Below are positions 36,190 to 49,599 of a stretch of 64,000 bases of DNA, one piece after another. The DNA comes from Camelus dromedarius. Lineage: Eukaryota. The notes beneath the pieces are model-generated. The model had not been told where the DNA came from. It searched no databases and saw only the letters and a list, made by a program, of their open reading frames with translations. The stretch's first letter is position 1; every line of letters starts with the position of its first letter. A program made the position numbers and the translations under genes. The stretch spans positions 55,988,001 through 56,052,000 of the forward strand of contig NC_087436.1 of the NCBI RefSeq assembly GCF_036321535.1, read 5' to 3'.

Positions 36190-36553
36190 CAGTGGATGCT
36201 GTTGGTCCTTGTTCTGATCTTCTTTACTGGCCCAGTGCACGCATCCCCCAGCTGCTGTGATGTTGGCGGCTACAGGCTCACAGCTGTCCCTGTCCCTGAA
36301 GAACTGTCTTTGGCTGAACCAGGGACTATCTTGCCTTATAGATTTCTTCAGGGTGGGAACAACACTGTAGGGCAATTCATGCTTCCTGTCCACAAAGCTA
36401 AAGCCTGACTCTAGATAAGAGCAGATTTTTGCTTAGTTCCTCCTCTGCCCTATGCTGCTCCCTCACTCCATTTCTCCTGAGAGTATCCTTCAGTGAATGA
36501 AAGGCACAGGAATCCCTGTGTTGGGCTCTTCTTTGAGGGAACCCAGATAAAGA
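36190..36553 (+). mobile_element. ERVL solo LTR, LTR16-like
   Basis: gtggatgctgt...cccccagctgctg...ggctcacagctg...gggaacccagataaaga follows the recalled LTR16 layout. Confidence 0.75.
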
Positions 36554-39019
36554 AGGTATCAGAGTACCCAACAGTGTTATTGAAATACACTGAAATTTAC
36601 TAGAAAATGTGCCTATGAATGAGGGGCCCTTTAATTTCTTGTGCTTTGCTCTGATCCCTGGTGTTGCTCAAAATTAGAAACTATGCAAGACTTTGCAGTC
36701 TTTAAATAGAGCAATTATGAGAACATGTGGCTTGGAATATAGGCTCTTTGCTGCTGCAGACTAATATAGATATAAATCCACTATCAAGAGAGGAAGAAAG
36801 AAGAGGTTAAGATGAAAATACTGAAGTGATTTTAAGAATTCTGCTGAGAATTGGGAATTGCAGTAGCCCTTTGTACTGAAGGTTAATGGTGATAACAGAA
36901 CCCACTGTGATTTTGGAGGTTGACTCTCAACTCTGAATCTTAAACAACTAATTGAAAATGCAGAACACTTTCTTTACTCCATGGGCAAAAATAAAAACAA
37001 AAAAATTATAGTTTTTTTGGTAGATGATTTTTCAAGTTAGTAACTTCTTGGTAATGATGTTGTTAAAATTTTAATAGAACATCTCTTTCTCTGCCTCCTC
37101 CTCCTCTTTTCCCCTCCTTTCTATCCCCCTGCCACTCTCACCCTCTCTTATTCCCCTCTCATGCACACCTGTGGATGCTTTCACTCTCATACCTTCTTTC
37201 AGAATGGCTTTCATCCAGCCTTGTCTGTTTTTACTGAAAGAAATATTAACATTACACTTTAAAAATGATTATTTAAAGTCCCTGGACTTACAATTGAGGC
37301 TTTTCTTGGTTTTTAATTATTTTATGAAAAGTGTATTTTCTAAAAATTGTTTTGCATATAAATTAATATCTGGAAATCAAATATATAACCTATGCCATAA
37401 TAAAACCCTTAAGTAATATCTTTTTTCACATGCATTTGTTCAGGCAGGGACTATTTGTAGATGATCTGAGAAAACTGAATATGATTTAGTATATAATATT
37501 AACTTATTCCAGAAATAAATTACTGGAAGAAATTTGGTCATTTTTTTCCTTAGAAAAAAATGCACACTTCTGACATTTATTTTCAGTTTGATATTCATTA
37601 AGTTGAATTACATAATTTGTAACTGCCAGTTTTCTCATTCACCATGCCAAGACCAAATTGAATGATGAAATTAAATAGAAAATTATATTTACTTTTACAT
37701 AATTTTACCCATTTTGTTTTCCCTTGCATTCTGTAATATATAAAGATGAATAGGAACTTTTGAAAATAAACAATTATTTTGTCCTAGAGTCCACATTTTT
37801 AATCAAGTATTCTGGAAAATGTATGCATACCCAAGTACCTTTCCTTCATTTTCCCCATTGGTGTTTCTACTTAGGGCGCCAAGACAGAGAGGAGAATCAT
37901 TGCTTTATCAGGCTACCTAATAAAAGGTACCCAGATTATCAAAAAGGAGCATATACTTTTAAATTTTTTTCCAAAAATAGTTTTTTAAGTGCAGCTTCCT
38001 CAATGACTCAAGGAATCTCAATTTCATGTTGTTCCATTTTTAGTCATTTACCCAAAGAGATAATGACTGTTTAGGTTCAAATATTTATATATTGTTCATG
38101 TGTACATTTCTATCATGTTTTCACCATTCTGGACTTTGGAGTTTGTTATAGTAACTAACTAATATAACCTGGACAAGTACAGTGAGTCAGTTAATTATAA
38201 AAAATTTAAAGGATAAGTCTTGAATTTTACTCTCATGTTTAAATCTTACTTGAAACAACTCCCATATTTTTGTCTTGAATTCATTGGAGTAACTTAGAAC
38301 AATGACAGAACAAAGCATCAGTACACCTATGGGTATATTTCATATTCTGTATTTGAAGGTGATGTGATCTGTAAATAATCTAGATATTTCTTTCTAGGTT
38401 GGGTATCTAGAGGCCTGGGAGGCTCTGTGACTTTGGGAAAGTTTACTTTGGGGGCCTCAGTTTCTTGATCCATCTCAACATTTTGGGGGGTTGATAGAGA
38501 CTCCTGTATCCTTCAGCTTGTCTGAAAGGCTAAGAATCCATCTTGGCATTGCTAATAGAACAGTTTTATATGATTCCCTGTGGTCCAGGCACTGATGATG
38601 TCTGGGTTAGTGGCTCCTATGGGAGTAGAGCTTCTTCATTATGAAGTCAGCATGTTCCAAAAGCTCTTTATAAATCATTTCTATTAAAGATGCAGGCATT
38701 GGCAGATATGCAAGACAAAAATACCTTCAGCTAGGTTTGTAATTTAGGTTTGAAGGTAAGTAGGGCAGACAGTGTTAAGAAATGGGAAATTGATTTTAAA
38801 AAGTCTCCTCTTTTTGTTCCCTTATGCATTCTGGACAATTAAGGCATTTATCAAATGCTCCCACAATTAATTCCATCACTTTCATTGATGGAGGAAAGTG
38901 TTTACTGTGAGGAGATTAGGCAGGTAGGTTGATTGTACTTTACTCCGGTGAGTTCCAGTCACAATGTTGCTTTAGTCAGCATTTGAAGAAGGAAGGGGTT
39001 TAAAAAAAGAATGAAAGTA

Positions 39020-39021
<2 letters not shown>

Positions 39022-39057
<36 letters not shown>
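39022..39057. repeat. (GT)18 microsatellite
   Basis: Read directly. Confidence 0.97.
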
Positions 39058-39060
<3 letters not shown>

Positions 39061-42000
39061 AGGGGGTGTGTATTTGTGTTTGGTTTTCTGTTGAAGTTTC
39101 GAAATTAATAAGTGAAGCAATGTTTTGGGTCATTGAGTGTATGTAATGGTGATTGTAGTGTTGATGAAATAATCTTAAGTCTATTTTATGGCCCATAAAG
39201 GGGAGAAATCATTTAATCACTCTGGAATGACAGGGTGGTATGATGGCCTGAAGGGAGATCTCTGGTTTCTCCCTTCAAATGGATTCTCACTTCTCTGGGG
39301 GATTCAAACCCTTGCTGGCCTTGCTCTAGAGCCGAGCACCCAGTCCACTTGTGAGTGGGTTCAGGTGTCAGTCACCACTCTCCTAGAGTTTTTTTTTTTT
39401 TCTTAACCAGCTGCTAGCAGCTTAACGGTATACCCAAGCATCATTATTAAAATCTCTTTAACTCTCTTTTCTCTGTGTCCTGAAGCAACGTTTCCCATAT
39501 GTTGATTTAACCTTGAAGCCACATTTCCCAAAGAAAATAGGAGTTGATTCTCTAGTCAGATTTCTCTCTCTCTCTCTTTCTCAGCTTCAAAATGAATTTC
39601 AAATAAACAAACACTTTCAAAATAATACTCTAAACCAATCTCTCTAATTCTTTGCTACTGAGACACCCAAGGCAATATATATTTTGTGTGTGTGTGGCAA
39701 ACTTAAATATTGAGTTATACTTCTCATTAGAGCCTAAACCAAGCCTCCTTTAAGAAAATTACATGCCTATTTATAAGGACTTATATCTTAGGAAAACAAT
39801 CTTTTCATCAAAGGGATAGTCATATTTTATTTAATTATTCTTTAAACTCAGTCACCAAGTAAACTGTACACAAAATAGATATTATTTGATCATTTTATTA
39901 TAAATGAAATAAAAATATAATTCCTAAAGACTAAATGGCTGAAAAGCGCTTTTTAAAGTGAGATGGTTGCTCTTCTGCATGTTGAAAACAAGAACGTTCT
40001 TCCAAGGTGAGCTACTGCAGTTGTAGTTAATTTCCTAGTCCTCCCTCCCTATTTTTGTATCTGACTTTGGCTCTTCACATAGTTTTCTCTATAAACACGC
40101 ATATTTAAAGTCAATATTTAAAAGTTTTTTAACTATATCTTGTGGCATAATTACTAACTCGGGTTTTCCTGTGTATATGATAGTTTACAGAGTTTAAAAT
40201 CTTATCATTGTATATGGAGTCTTGTCTGAAGTGACCCCTTCTTTCGGTTAGTCAGTTAACAGATAAATGAAGTGTTGCTTGAAGAAAGGGAACAGAGATC
40301 ATCTTCTTGCTCAATGTAAATATTGGGTGCTGGGTATCCTGTGATTTATTTACAGTGAGAAAATGGACATTGGTTTTGCAGACACCCTCACCAGTGACAC
40401 ACGGGCCAAACATAAAGGAGATTGTGTGGCCTTAGTTCTGGAAATTTGGTGGGGCCAGGCCTTCTAGGGCTTTATCAGTTCTTGGATGAGGACTTCAGGG
40501 TTATGTTGAGTAACACATTCGCTATCTGTCTTTTCTCCTCATTAAGAAAAAAAAAGCTCTGCCGTAATGTGATCCATGATTAGAGTTAATGCAGTCTCTA
40601 ACATCTCCCAGATGTTTTAACGTCACTCATGTCACTTGCCGAGTTTATAAATGTGATTTGTCTACTGGTTTTTTCTTTTTTGGAGCAAACATTATCTTTC
40701 GGCTTAAGGAAAAAAAAAGCGAAATCAGAGACTCAGTGGGTTACTTAACATAATTTACAGTATGTTTAGAAACAGTGTTAAAATGCAGAGAATGTAATCA
40801 ATGGCACAGTCTTATAAAGAATGTATTTGCACTCTGTAACAGAAGTGTGATCATACCAAAATGACCAGATGTTTCTTCTTAATGGTATCCTTTTTTTATA
40901 CTGTGCCTCAGTTCTAAATTTGCATGATCATAAAACATTTTTCTTCTCCAGTACAGGAACAGATAATAGCATAATCCCACCCTGAAGAGTATATCTTTGT
41001 GGTATTGAGTTAGTAGTTCAATTTTCGAAATTGTCTTTATCATATTTTTAGGAGCATTTTACCACGGTTATCATTTTTTGTTTTGTTTCAAGTTTCTGTG
41101 TTGTTTCAGTTTTCAGGGAGTGTGTGTATGTTTCTGATATAGCTGGAATACCCTATTTTTCCTTTTTATTGTGTGTGCTTGGCCCCCTATCTCAGGTAGA
41201 CATATATTTACCTGTAGTAAGTGACTCTGATATCAGGTCATTGGGGCTTAGAAACCCCGAATTCGTAGATGAAACCATAAATCAGCAAAATGAGGAAGGT
41301 GCACCTTTCAAAGAAGTAAGAATTGTTTTTGGAGGAAGCAAGAATTTTCTGAGTTGGATTTAGGGAATAATATACTAGTATCTTGCATTTGAACAACACT
41401 TTAATATCTTTGTCATTATTAGTTGTTTGTATCTAGCTTCACAATTTATAAAGCAGTTTGTTATTACATTTAACCTTCATAATTAATCACTGAGTAAGGA
41501 AAAGTAGGTATTATCCCCCAATTTACAGGACACCAGTCAGTGGGTGACTGAGCTACATGCACATCCTTCCCCTTCTGCTCTTCCATTACTTCTTGCTGCC
41601 CGTAAACGCCTCTGCTGAGGACTTCAGTTCTCTTTTCCTCGTGCTCTCCATGTGCATGTGCCATGGGAAACACAGTATCTTGGCACTCACTGTAGGTCCT
41701 TCAGGGCACACAGGAAGTGTCATTCCAAGAAGAGATTTTAAAATGCATGGTTGAAATGAAGCCTTCTGTTGCTTGGCGATCCAAGAGATAAACACCAGAT
41801 GCAGACATTGATGTAGCAATGATTATCCAGGCTGGTGAGCATGTTACTTTGATTACAAGGACTGTGGACTTAGAGGCAGTGCTTGGGAAGGCTTTGGGAG
41901 CAGTGGGAGATTTTGCAAATCCATCACTCCCTCCGCTGCAAAGGGTCACATGCCCACTCTGCCCAGGGCAGCTGACCACCATCCGGTGTTCACACACACT

Positions 42001-43109
42001 TGTCCTCAAACTTTAACTGTCCACTAGCTAACAGTCTTGAAAAAGAATGCATTTAATCTTCCTAATCTGAAAAATTGGCCCAATCTCCAACAGTTTCACT
42101 AAAACTACAGGTTATGTGTGTTTTTACTCTTCATCGAATAGTCAATTCTGACTCTGTTTTGGTTGAATTAATAAAGGCTATTCCAAACCGTAGAATCTTC
42201 TGTCCTAGTCAAGACTATTTTCATTTTCTTAACATTTAGAACCACCAGTCCAGAATTTACATTCAAGAATTTTCTGTGAGGAGATGTATTTTGGGGTCAA
42301 TTTGAGATATCATATTTTAGTCAAGTATCAAATATTTCTAATTTTAATTACATTTTATTTTAATCCAGATAAAATGATTATCTATCACTTGATTATTTTT
42401 AAAGATTAGGTTTGAGTATATAGGTAAACATTATTGCTCTAGTATTAAGGAAAAAATAATGAAGATTTTTTTCTGCATAGCTGATCCAGACCAAAAAAGC
42501 ACATAGAGTTACTTAAGTTGTCCTATGTAGGCACAGTTTATAAGTTGTAATAAAAAATTCAACTGTGCATACATACATTCACTTCTAGAATTAATATATG
42601 TATACATGCACAATGCCACATCATTTAAAGACTGGTTAATATTTATAAAAATTTTGCAACATCTATATACATTTTAGACTGCCAAGTTGCACTTGGCTGA
42701 AGCCACCATACACCCCTAGAGTGGGAAAATGTGATCTCTAAAAGCATAAGAATTGCTGAAATTTATTATTTTGTTTTTATTATGACCTTTGTTTTAGGGT
42801 ACATTGTTTTGTAAAAAATCCTATTAGACACGTAAGGTGTTTTTCCCTTTAGATCTATGTTGAACATCTGTTGATTATTGGTTATGCATACTAAATGATT
42901 AGAGCTACTTACTGCATTATTCATGCTTAACATTAATTTCTTTCTCTATTATCATAAAGAAAAATTTTAGATGCTTTGAATTATCCATCTTATTCAGCTA
43001 ACTAAAACTTCGGCTCACTGAGGAAAGCCTAAGGAGCTAAGCACAAATACGTGATTTTAAGGTCAAACTTTGGAATACTTTTTAAATTCTGTCATTGGAA
43101 TTTCAATCA

Positions 43110-43290
43110 GAATATAAAACTGTGCAGATTTCATTCTGTCATTGTCACTTACCAGCTGTTTAAATTTGGGCAGGTCCTTAATATTCTGAGCCTCAGTTTG
43201 TCCATCTGTAAAACAGAAACCGTAACACCTCACCCTAAGACCTTTGTGATAATTTATTGAGAAAACATGAGAAAGCAGCATGTTCTATGA
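43110..43290 (+). mobile_element. MIR SINE
   Basis: tcacttaccagctg...tgggcagg...ctgagcctcagtttgtccatctgtaaaa. Confidence 0.85.
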
Positions 43291-43629
43291 ATTACTATAA
43301 TCAGGAATTAGATTACAATTAGTAAATTAATTGCATGTATACCAGTGGTAGATATATTGCATAAGGGGGATATTTTTGATGCTATTTTAAAATTATCCTT
43401 AGTTTTCCATATTACTTGTGTAAAGCAACTGACTTCATTCTTGTCATCTGTGTATAAATAGTTCTCTAGTTTTTCTATACAAACTGAGGAATGCCTCAAG
43501 AAATTGGAAGAAATGGACTTTTACATACGGGCTATGTGTAAGAATTACTTGCTTCAGAAACAAGAAATTAGATGTATTTTTAAATAGTATATTATTAAAA
43601 TGGGGGAAATATCAAGGAGTTGATTACCA

Positions 43630-43950
43630 TTCATGTTTTATTCATTTGATAAATATTTATTGAATCTCTGCTGTTTGCCTAGTACTTTTCTTGTATCTAA
43701 AGATTCAAGTAAATAAAACTGATCCATGTTTCCTGCCTTCATGGAACGCAAGCTAGTGTAAGAGATAAACAGTGAAGAGTGATGTAAAAAATTACTTAAT
43801 TGCAATTGTGATGAGTGTCTTGAAGGAAAGGTGCACTAAATTATAGAAACATATGATAACTAGTAGATTTCTAAGGAAGGCTGTTCAGAGGAGGTTATTT
43901 AACCCCTACCAGAGTCCTAAGAATCAACCCAGCATAAAGAGAATTCCAGT
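43630..43950 (-). mobile_element. LINE L2 3' end
   Basis: ttcatttgataaatatttattgaa...cctgccttcatggaac. Confidence 0.7.
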
Positions 43951-46019
43951 CCACCACAAGGACCAATGGAACTACTATAAAGTTCTGTAAATTAGTCAAA
44001 GCACACTAAGGTCACGCACGTATTTTTTAAAGTCCGGATTTATTTTGTGTTTGTACTTAATTTGGCAAATAAATTTTTTCTCTTTTAAAAAAAATTTTAG
44101 ATACACAAACTGTTTATAGTTGTTTAAATATAAATGCATATTTTGTTAGTTGAGTTACTCCTTAGCTAAAAAACTAATTCATCTATAACAGATTTGATCT
44201 TGAGTTATTATATGCTATCTATAATTCTTGAACAGTGTAATTTTTGAACTTGTATAAATAACTTCTGGTGAAAGAAAGACCATGGAAAAATGAGAAAAAT
44301 GGTACTGGGACTGGCAAAACTGGCTGATCTCAGAAAGCTATTTGGAGAAACAAGTTAAGAGGTTTGTCAGGATGATTGGACTACCTGAGCATCCAAGAAA
44401 AACACACTGAGGTTTGAATTTTCAAACTCCCAGAATATTCGAAAGGGATTTGCCAAGCTGTTCTAAAGCTCTTGCCTTATTCTGCCTCCCACATCGCCTG
44501 TTTCTCTCTTAAACTTGGTGTGATCTAGTGCATCAGCTATAGAAATAAAATGATTGAGGAGATGAATATTTCAGTACTCTTTGGTTCATGCGTCTTGATA
44601 ATATATAATAAGCTTGAACTCTGTGAGGAAATTAATATGAATTACTGCTGAAATTTCGACGTAACGTATATGCTTATGAAGGAAAAAGAAAAGTTGATTT
44701 AATACGTAGTAATGCTGGCAGATCTTTATATTTTGAAAAGATTTCAGTCTGTACCCAGAGGTGAAGTGGTGTTAAAGAAAAAGAAGTTTCTGTGAGAAAA
44801 TTGTCCCCTGACTCAGTGGGGTCCTAATGTATTTGTCTAACCATTATCTTCTTATCACATTATGAATGGAGGCACCACTTAGCACACCGGGCCTGTGTGC
44901 GCCTGGCATTCTGATCCTTAATCTGACTAATGCCCCCATTGCAAGATGTAAATAGATTACAAAGAAAAATTCAATATTTTCGCCTTTCTCCCACCAGAGC
45001 AGCCCACATTAGTTGTTTCCTGCCATATAATTGCATTACATGCCGCGATGTGATCCATGGTTAATGGCAGTCACAATCAACTGTCACTTTGCTTTTAGTC
45101 TCGGTCATTCAGTGTGATTTACATATTTAGCACCATGACAAGAACTCGGTTTGTCAAACCACTTGTGGAGGCATGATGCTACCCTCTATCAGGAAAATAC
45201 GCTCTTTTATTTTTTTCCAGAGGGACACCTTTGCCAGGGAGTAAAGCACATATACACAGCATCTATAAGGGAAATTAATGAATTTGCGAACAATTTTTAC
45301 GTCTTTAAAAATACTGACTCTACTTCTGGGTCAGCACTTCTGAGAAATGATTTTTTATTACTTGAAAAGGTAGTTTTTGTTCTAATTTCTTACCAGTTAA
45401 CCTAATGTTTAAGAACAAAAACAGAATTGCTTTTAAGTAGTAGGGGCAAGTACCTGAGCAATTTTCTATGAACCTGCCATGAAAAAGTTGAAAATCTAAC
45501 TTATCATAGTGATTAACAAAACAAATATAATTTCAGGTAGAGAAACTTTAAACCCTGTTGAAATGTGAGAAATGGTAAAATCTAGGAGGTTTAATTTTAC
45601 GTGTAAGCAGATACCAATTTAAATGTACTTAAACCACTCAGTTATTTATATGAAAGTTTCCTCCTTGGGTGACTTGAATTTCAGAGGATTTTGAGGATGA
45701 AAGGTGAAGTCTCTCATTGCCTTATTTTATACCTGGACTCTTCAGAACCATGCCCAGTTTCCCTCTCTACGTTGTTCTAGGGGAGGAAGATTAGACAGTT
45801 GCTAGCTGTGAATGAGAAATTCTCCATGCTTGGTTGAAAGTAGTCTATCCAGCTTCTCTGTCAATGTCCTGATTTGTAAGCGTAGGAAGAACTGCTTGAT
45901 TCCAATCTATTTTTCATATTTTCATCAGGGTAAATTTTTGTGCATGTGAAATGCAAAAGTAATTATTTTTTTCATACTTTTTTTTTTACATTTTATCATA
46001 TGTTTCATGTGTTCCCTCG

Positions 46020-46630
46020 TCAAGTTTGACTCTCTGCCTAAAATCTTAAAATGGTTCCTTATCACCAACAAAATGAAGACATGATTCCCTGTAGTCATGG
46101 GGCATGCTAGCTCCTTCACATTCTGGTCCTGCCTCCTGCCCCCTTTTCCAGCCCCATTTTTATTTCGGTATTCTACTTGCATTGCCATTTGGTGCCCAGT
46201 ACCTGGCACACTGCTTCCTCCTTGTCTAACAAATATTCTTCTCTTATCCTTCAAATTTCTTCCAAAATGAGTTAAACTTGGTAAAGCAATCTTCTTCCCT
46301 CACATCTTCTTCCAGACAAGGCACAGGACGTGACCCCCAGCCCCCCCATCTCAGCTCCTCAGAAGAAAACTTCCACCTCTTCCCTTGCAGTCATTGGCAC
46401 ATATTGCTGTTTTTATCCTTTTTCCTTTGGCATAGTTCTAAATCCTGATGTCTTTCTCCCGCATGTGAGAGGAAACTCTTCAAAGGAAAACATCATTTGA
46501 CTAGCTTTATACCTTGTGTATTCAGTGGGGAAGTGCAGTTTCTCTCTCTAGAACGTAGACATGAGAGCAGATCTGGTATCCATGGAGCTTAACTAGGAGG
46601 TCCATACATATCTTCTGAAGGAATGAATCA
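46020..46630 (+). mobile_element. LINE L2 3' portion
   Basis: ctgcctaaaatcttaaaatggttcc...cttatccttcaa...tgaaggaatgaat. Confidence 0.65.
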
Positions 46631-47689
46631 GTGTGAATTTTAAGTGAAGAAACCACCAGCTAAAGAGATGTACATTGATTGTTGTCTGGTAATTAAACAT
46701 TTCTCTATCAATTTCTACATCTCGGGCATTTTTCCTCCCATGTAATTTGATTAAGTTGACCATTTAACAATACTAGTTCTGTGTGTCTTGTTTTTGGCAT
46801 GTGGAAGAGAGGCAGATTCCATTTCCTTTAGTCATTTGGCAGAGCTTGTCTGGAATTCTAGCGTGCTGTGAAAGTGTTGACGTTAGAAAACACTTTGAAC
46901 CTGAGATGAACAAGAATTAATAGCAATCTCTTGTTAGATAAAACATGCACATGCAAACACAATTAAAAATATATGAGTATTACTAAACTCTCCTTTGTGG
47001 TATTTGGGTTTGGTTTCTACCATGGGACACTTGGCTCCTGCGAATTTGACAACATCAGCAGTGGCACTGTCTGCCTTGCAGCTATCAAGGGTTTTAAGGA
47101 CTTTATCTTGGGTCAATCACAAAACCATTAACTTCCGTATCATTGAAAAGGTTCCCAGACACTCTTTCTGTCTTTCTGGACCAGTATCCCTCAGGTATCA
47201 GCATCCTTTAGTATTCAAGAGAAATTATGAAATCATTTTACCCATCTTTCAGGGCATTGGCTAGTGGAGACCTAAGGAAACCTTCAGTTGTCTCTGAGGA
47301 CAGCTCAACTTCTTTTCTCTCTGTGTATCAATTTTTCTTTCTGGACCACTAATAAAGAAGGGCCAAACTGAATTAGGAAAATGCTGAGGCAAATTTTGGA
47401 TAGAGTTTTAGAACATTCTATGGGCTATAGTTTTTATTTATCAGTAAACTTGATACCAAAAGCTGCTCTTTGGTTTTCAGTATTGGCAACATCCAAGTTA
47501 CTCTACTACAACTTGTCTGCTAAGTTGGAGCTCTGATTTTGCTGTAGCACACTCTATTTATGACAAAATGTTGAAAGTAAGAACTATGAAGGGCTAGAAA
47601 ACACTGAAGGAGTATATTAAAGCCATTTTTCAAATATATGTGCATATGTATATATATAGAGAGAGAGACCCAAGGAGAGAGGGAGACTT

Positions 47690-47792
47690 ATTTGATCTCT
47701 TTAATTCTAGAATCCCAGCGCCTGGCACATGTAAACTCTGAGCAAATAGTTGTTGAATGAAAGAATAAAGGAAGGAAAGAAAGAAAGAATGA
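47690..47792 (+). mobile_element. L2 3' end with purine-rich tail
   Basis: gcgcctggcacatgtaaactc...aaatagttgttgaatgaa. Confidence 0.75.
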
Positions 47793-47861
47793 GCATTAAG
47801 TATAACTAGTTATTTTAAGAAGCTATATTCATTTACTTATTTATAACTGAGATCAGAGTAT

Positions 47862-47881
47862 TGCTTGCCCTCTAGTGGCCT
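47862..47881 (-). promoter_or_regulatory. CTCF motif (predicted)
   Basis: Reverse complement reads aGGCCACTAGAGGGCAagca, close to the CTCF core consensus. Confidence 0.6.
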
Positions 47882-49599
47882 GTTTCAATGAAATAGGAAA
47901 ATAAAACTAACCCACCTTTTAAAAGATGAACATTGATAACAAAGTATTTATAAGTGGATAAGTAGGATCGTTATGATTTTTAATAAATATATGTCTATTA
48001 AAGCTTTCTTTTATCTAGGTTAAAATTTTTGCAGTGAAACATGTCAAGGAGAATTTGGGAAACCAAAAATGAAAGGAATTTTCCTTTTAGAAAGATGCAA
48101 ATATTTTATGTATGACATTGGTATCTTAAACCTGATGTTGCTGTATTTCAGGTGTATTCCCAATTTGTTGTGCCTTAAAAAAATATAATTCAAATTGGTT
48201 TTTTTTGTCTCGGAAGAGTCAATCAAGTATTTCATAGGTGAAAAACAATCTGTTTAACAGAGTACTGTAATTACAGACATGAAATGAAAGCATACTCTTC
48301 TTTTGGAATATTCTGATTATAGGTACTTAGAAACTACTGGCAATTTAGATACTAGTGTGGTTGATTAATATATACTTAGTTTTTAATATTATTTCTGTTG
48401 TTCATGTTTGGTTACTATTATGCAAATAATGATTTGGATTAAAAAGGCCATCTAGTTTAACATCAAGTGTAATAATTTAATGAGAATAAAATTAAATGAA
48501 TGTTCATAAAAACTTACATTATGAAGAATGTGCTTTTCTCTTAACAACTCTCTAATTGTCTAATAATTGTCTTTAGTCTACATGATTGTAATTATTTTTT
48601 AATTGAATTAGTAACAGGGTATATACATTTTTAGTAAGCAGCCTTGGTTGAATCAGTGATTTAAAAGACTGGATGTCAATCTTCAAATTTTTATTAAATG
48701 TCTTTCTCTTATTGTTTCTGATATTTAAGCATTTCTTTTCTTTGCTTCAATTTATAGCTTATATAATAGAAATAAAGATGGGATTTTCCAGCTATAAGGT
48801 GGGGCCTAGAAATTCGGATGAAGGCTGAAATGTCTGCAAAAGAATGTAGAAATATCAACTGAGTCTGTATGAAATCAATCCATGGATAAGGAAGCTTAAA
48901 ATAAAATTTTAATAAACATTGGGTTATATTTCTTTGACAAACTACCATCAGATGTAGCAAAATAATTATGCTGAAAATGTGGGTAGATATTTTTATGGTG
49001 ACTAAAAGAAAGCTTTTAAAAAATCTTTCTCTGGGATTTCAAAGTTTTTAATTGATATAGTAACATAGGTCAGGAGTATACTTGATAAATTTTATTAAAC
49101 ATTTTGTATTGTTTTACCAGTGGTATGATATGTTGAACCCTTTATTTGATTGAAAAATGAGTTTCCACATTCTCAGTTCTCTAGGATTTATCTCAACTCA
49201 TTTTTGAAATTGAGAATTATAATGAGAAATTTTGAATACAACACAGTTTAAAAATTAAAAGCTTTTCAGTTCTTTTCTTGACTCTGGAATGTTCATGTTC
49301 AGATTTCTAATATTTTCTAGAAGGAAGAAAATGTTTCATCTTGAAATAAATTTGGGACACTGTATTTAATAAAAGCTGCTTATTGTAGGAGCTCACAGAT
49401 TATTATTAACCCTGAAATATTAATTAATATATTAAATAATGTGCATTATTAATTTCCAAGATGGGTTATAACATATAGCTCAGTCCAAGGGTGAGGAACC
49501 TTTTTTCTAGAAACTTTGAATTGCAAGAAATGCTCATCTAGTCCACCCATTTTGGGAGCAAACAAGACTTGACTAGGGCGTTGAAGAATGAGTAGCATA

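Noticed and set aside
36196..36408. 70-aa ORF with a signal-peptide-like start (MLLVLVLIFF...)
   Set aside because: It lies within the LTR16-like element, with no other coding evidence.
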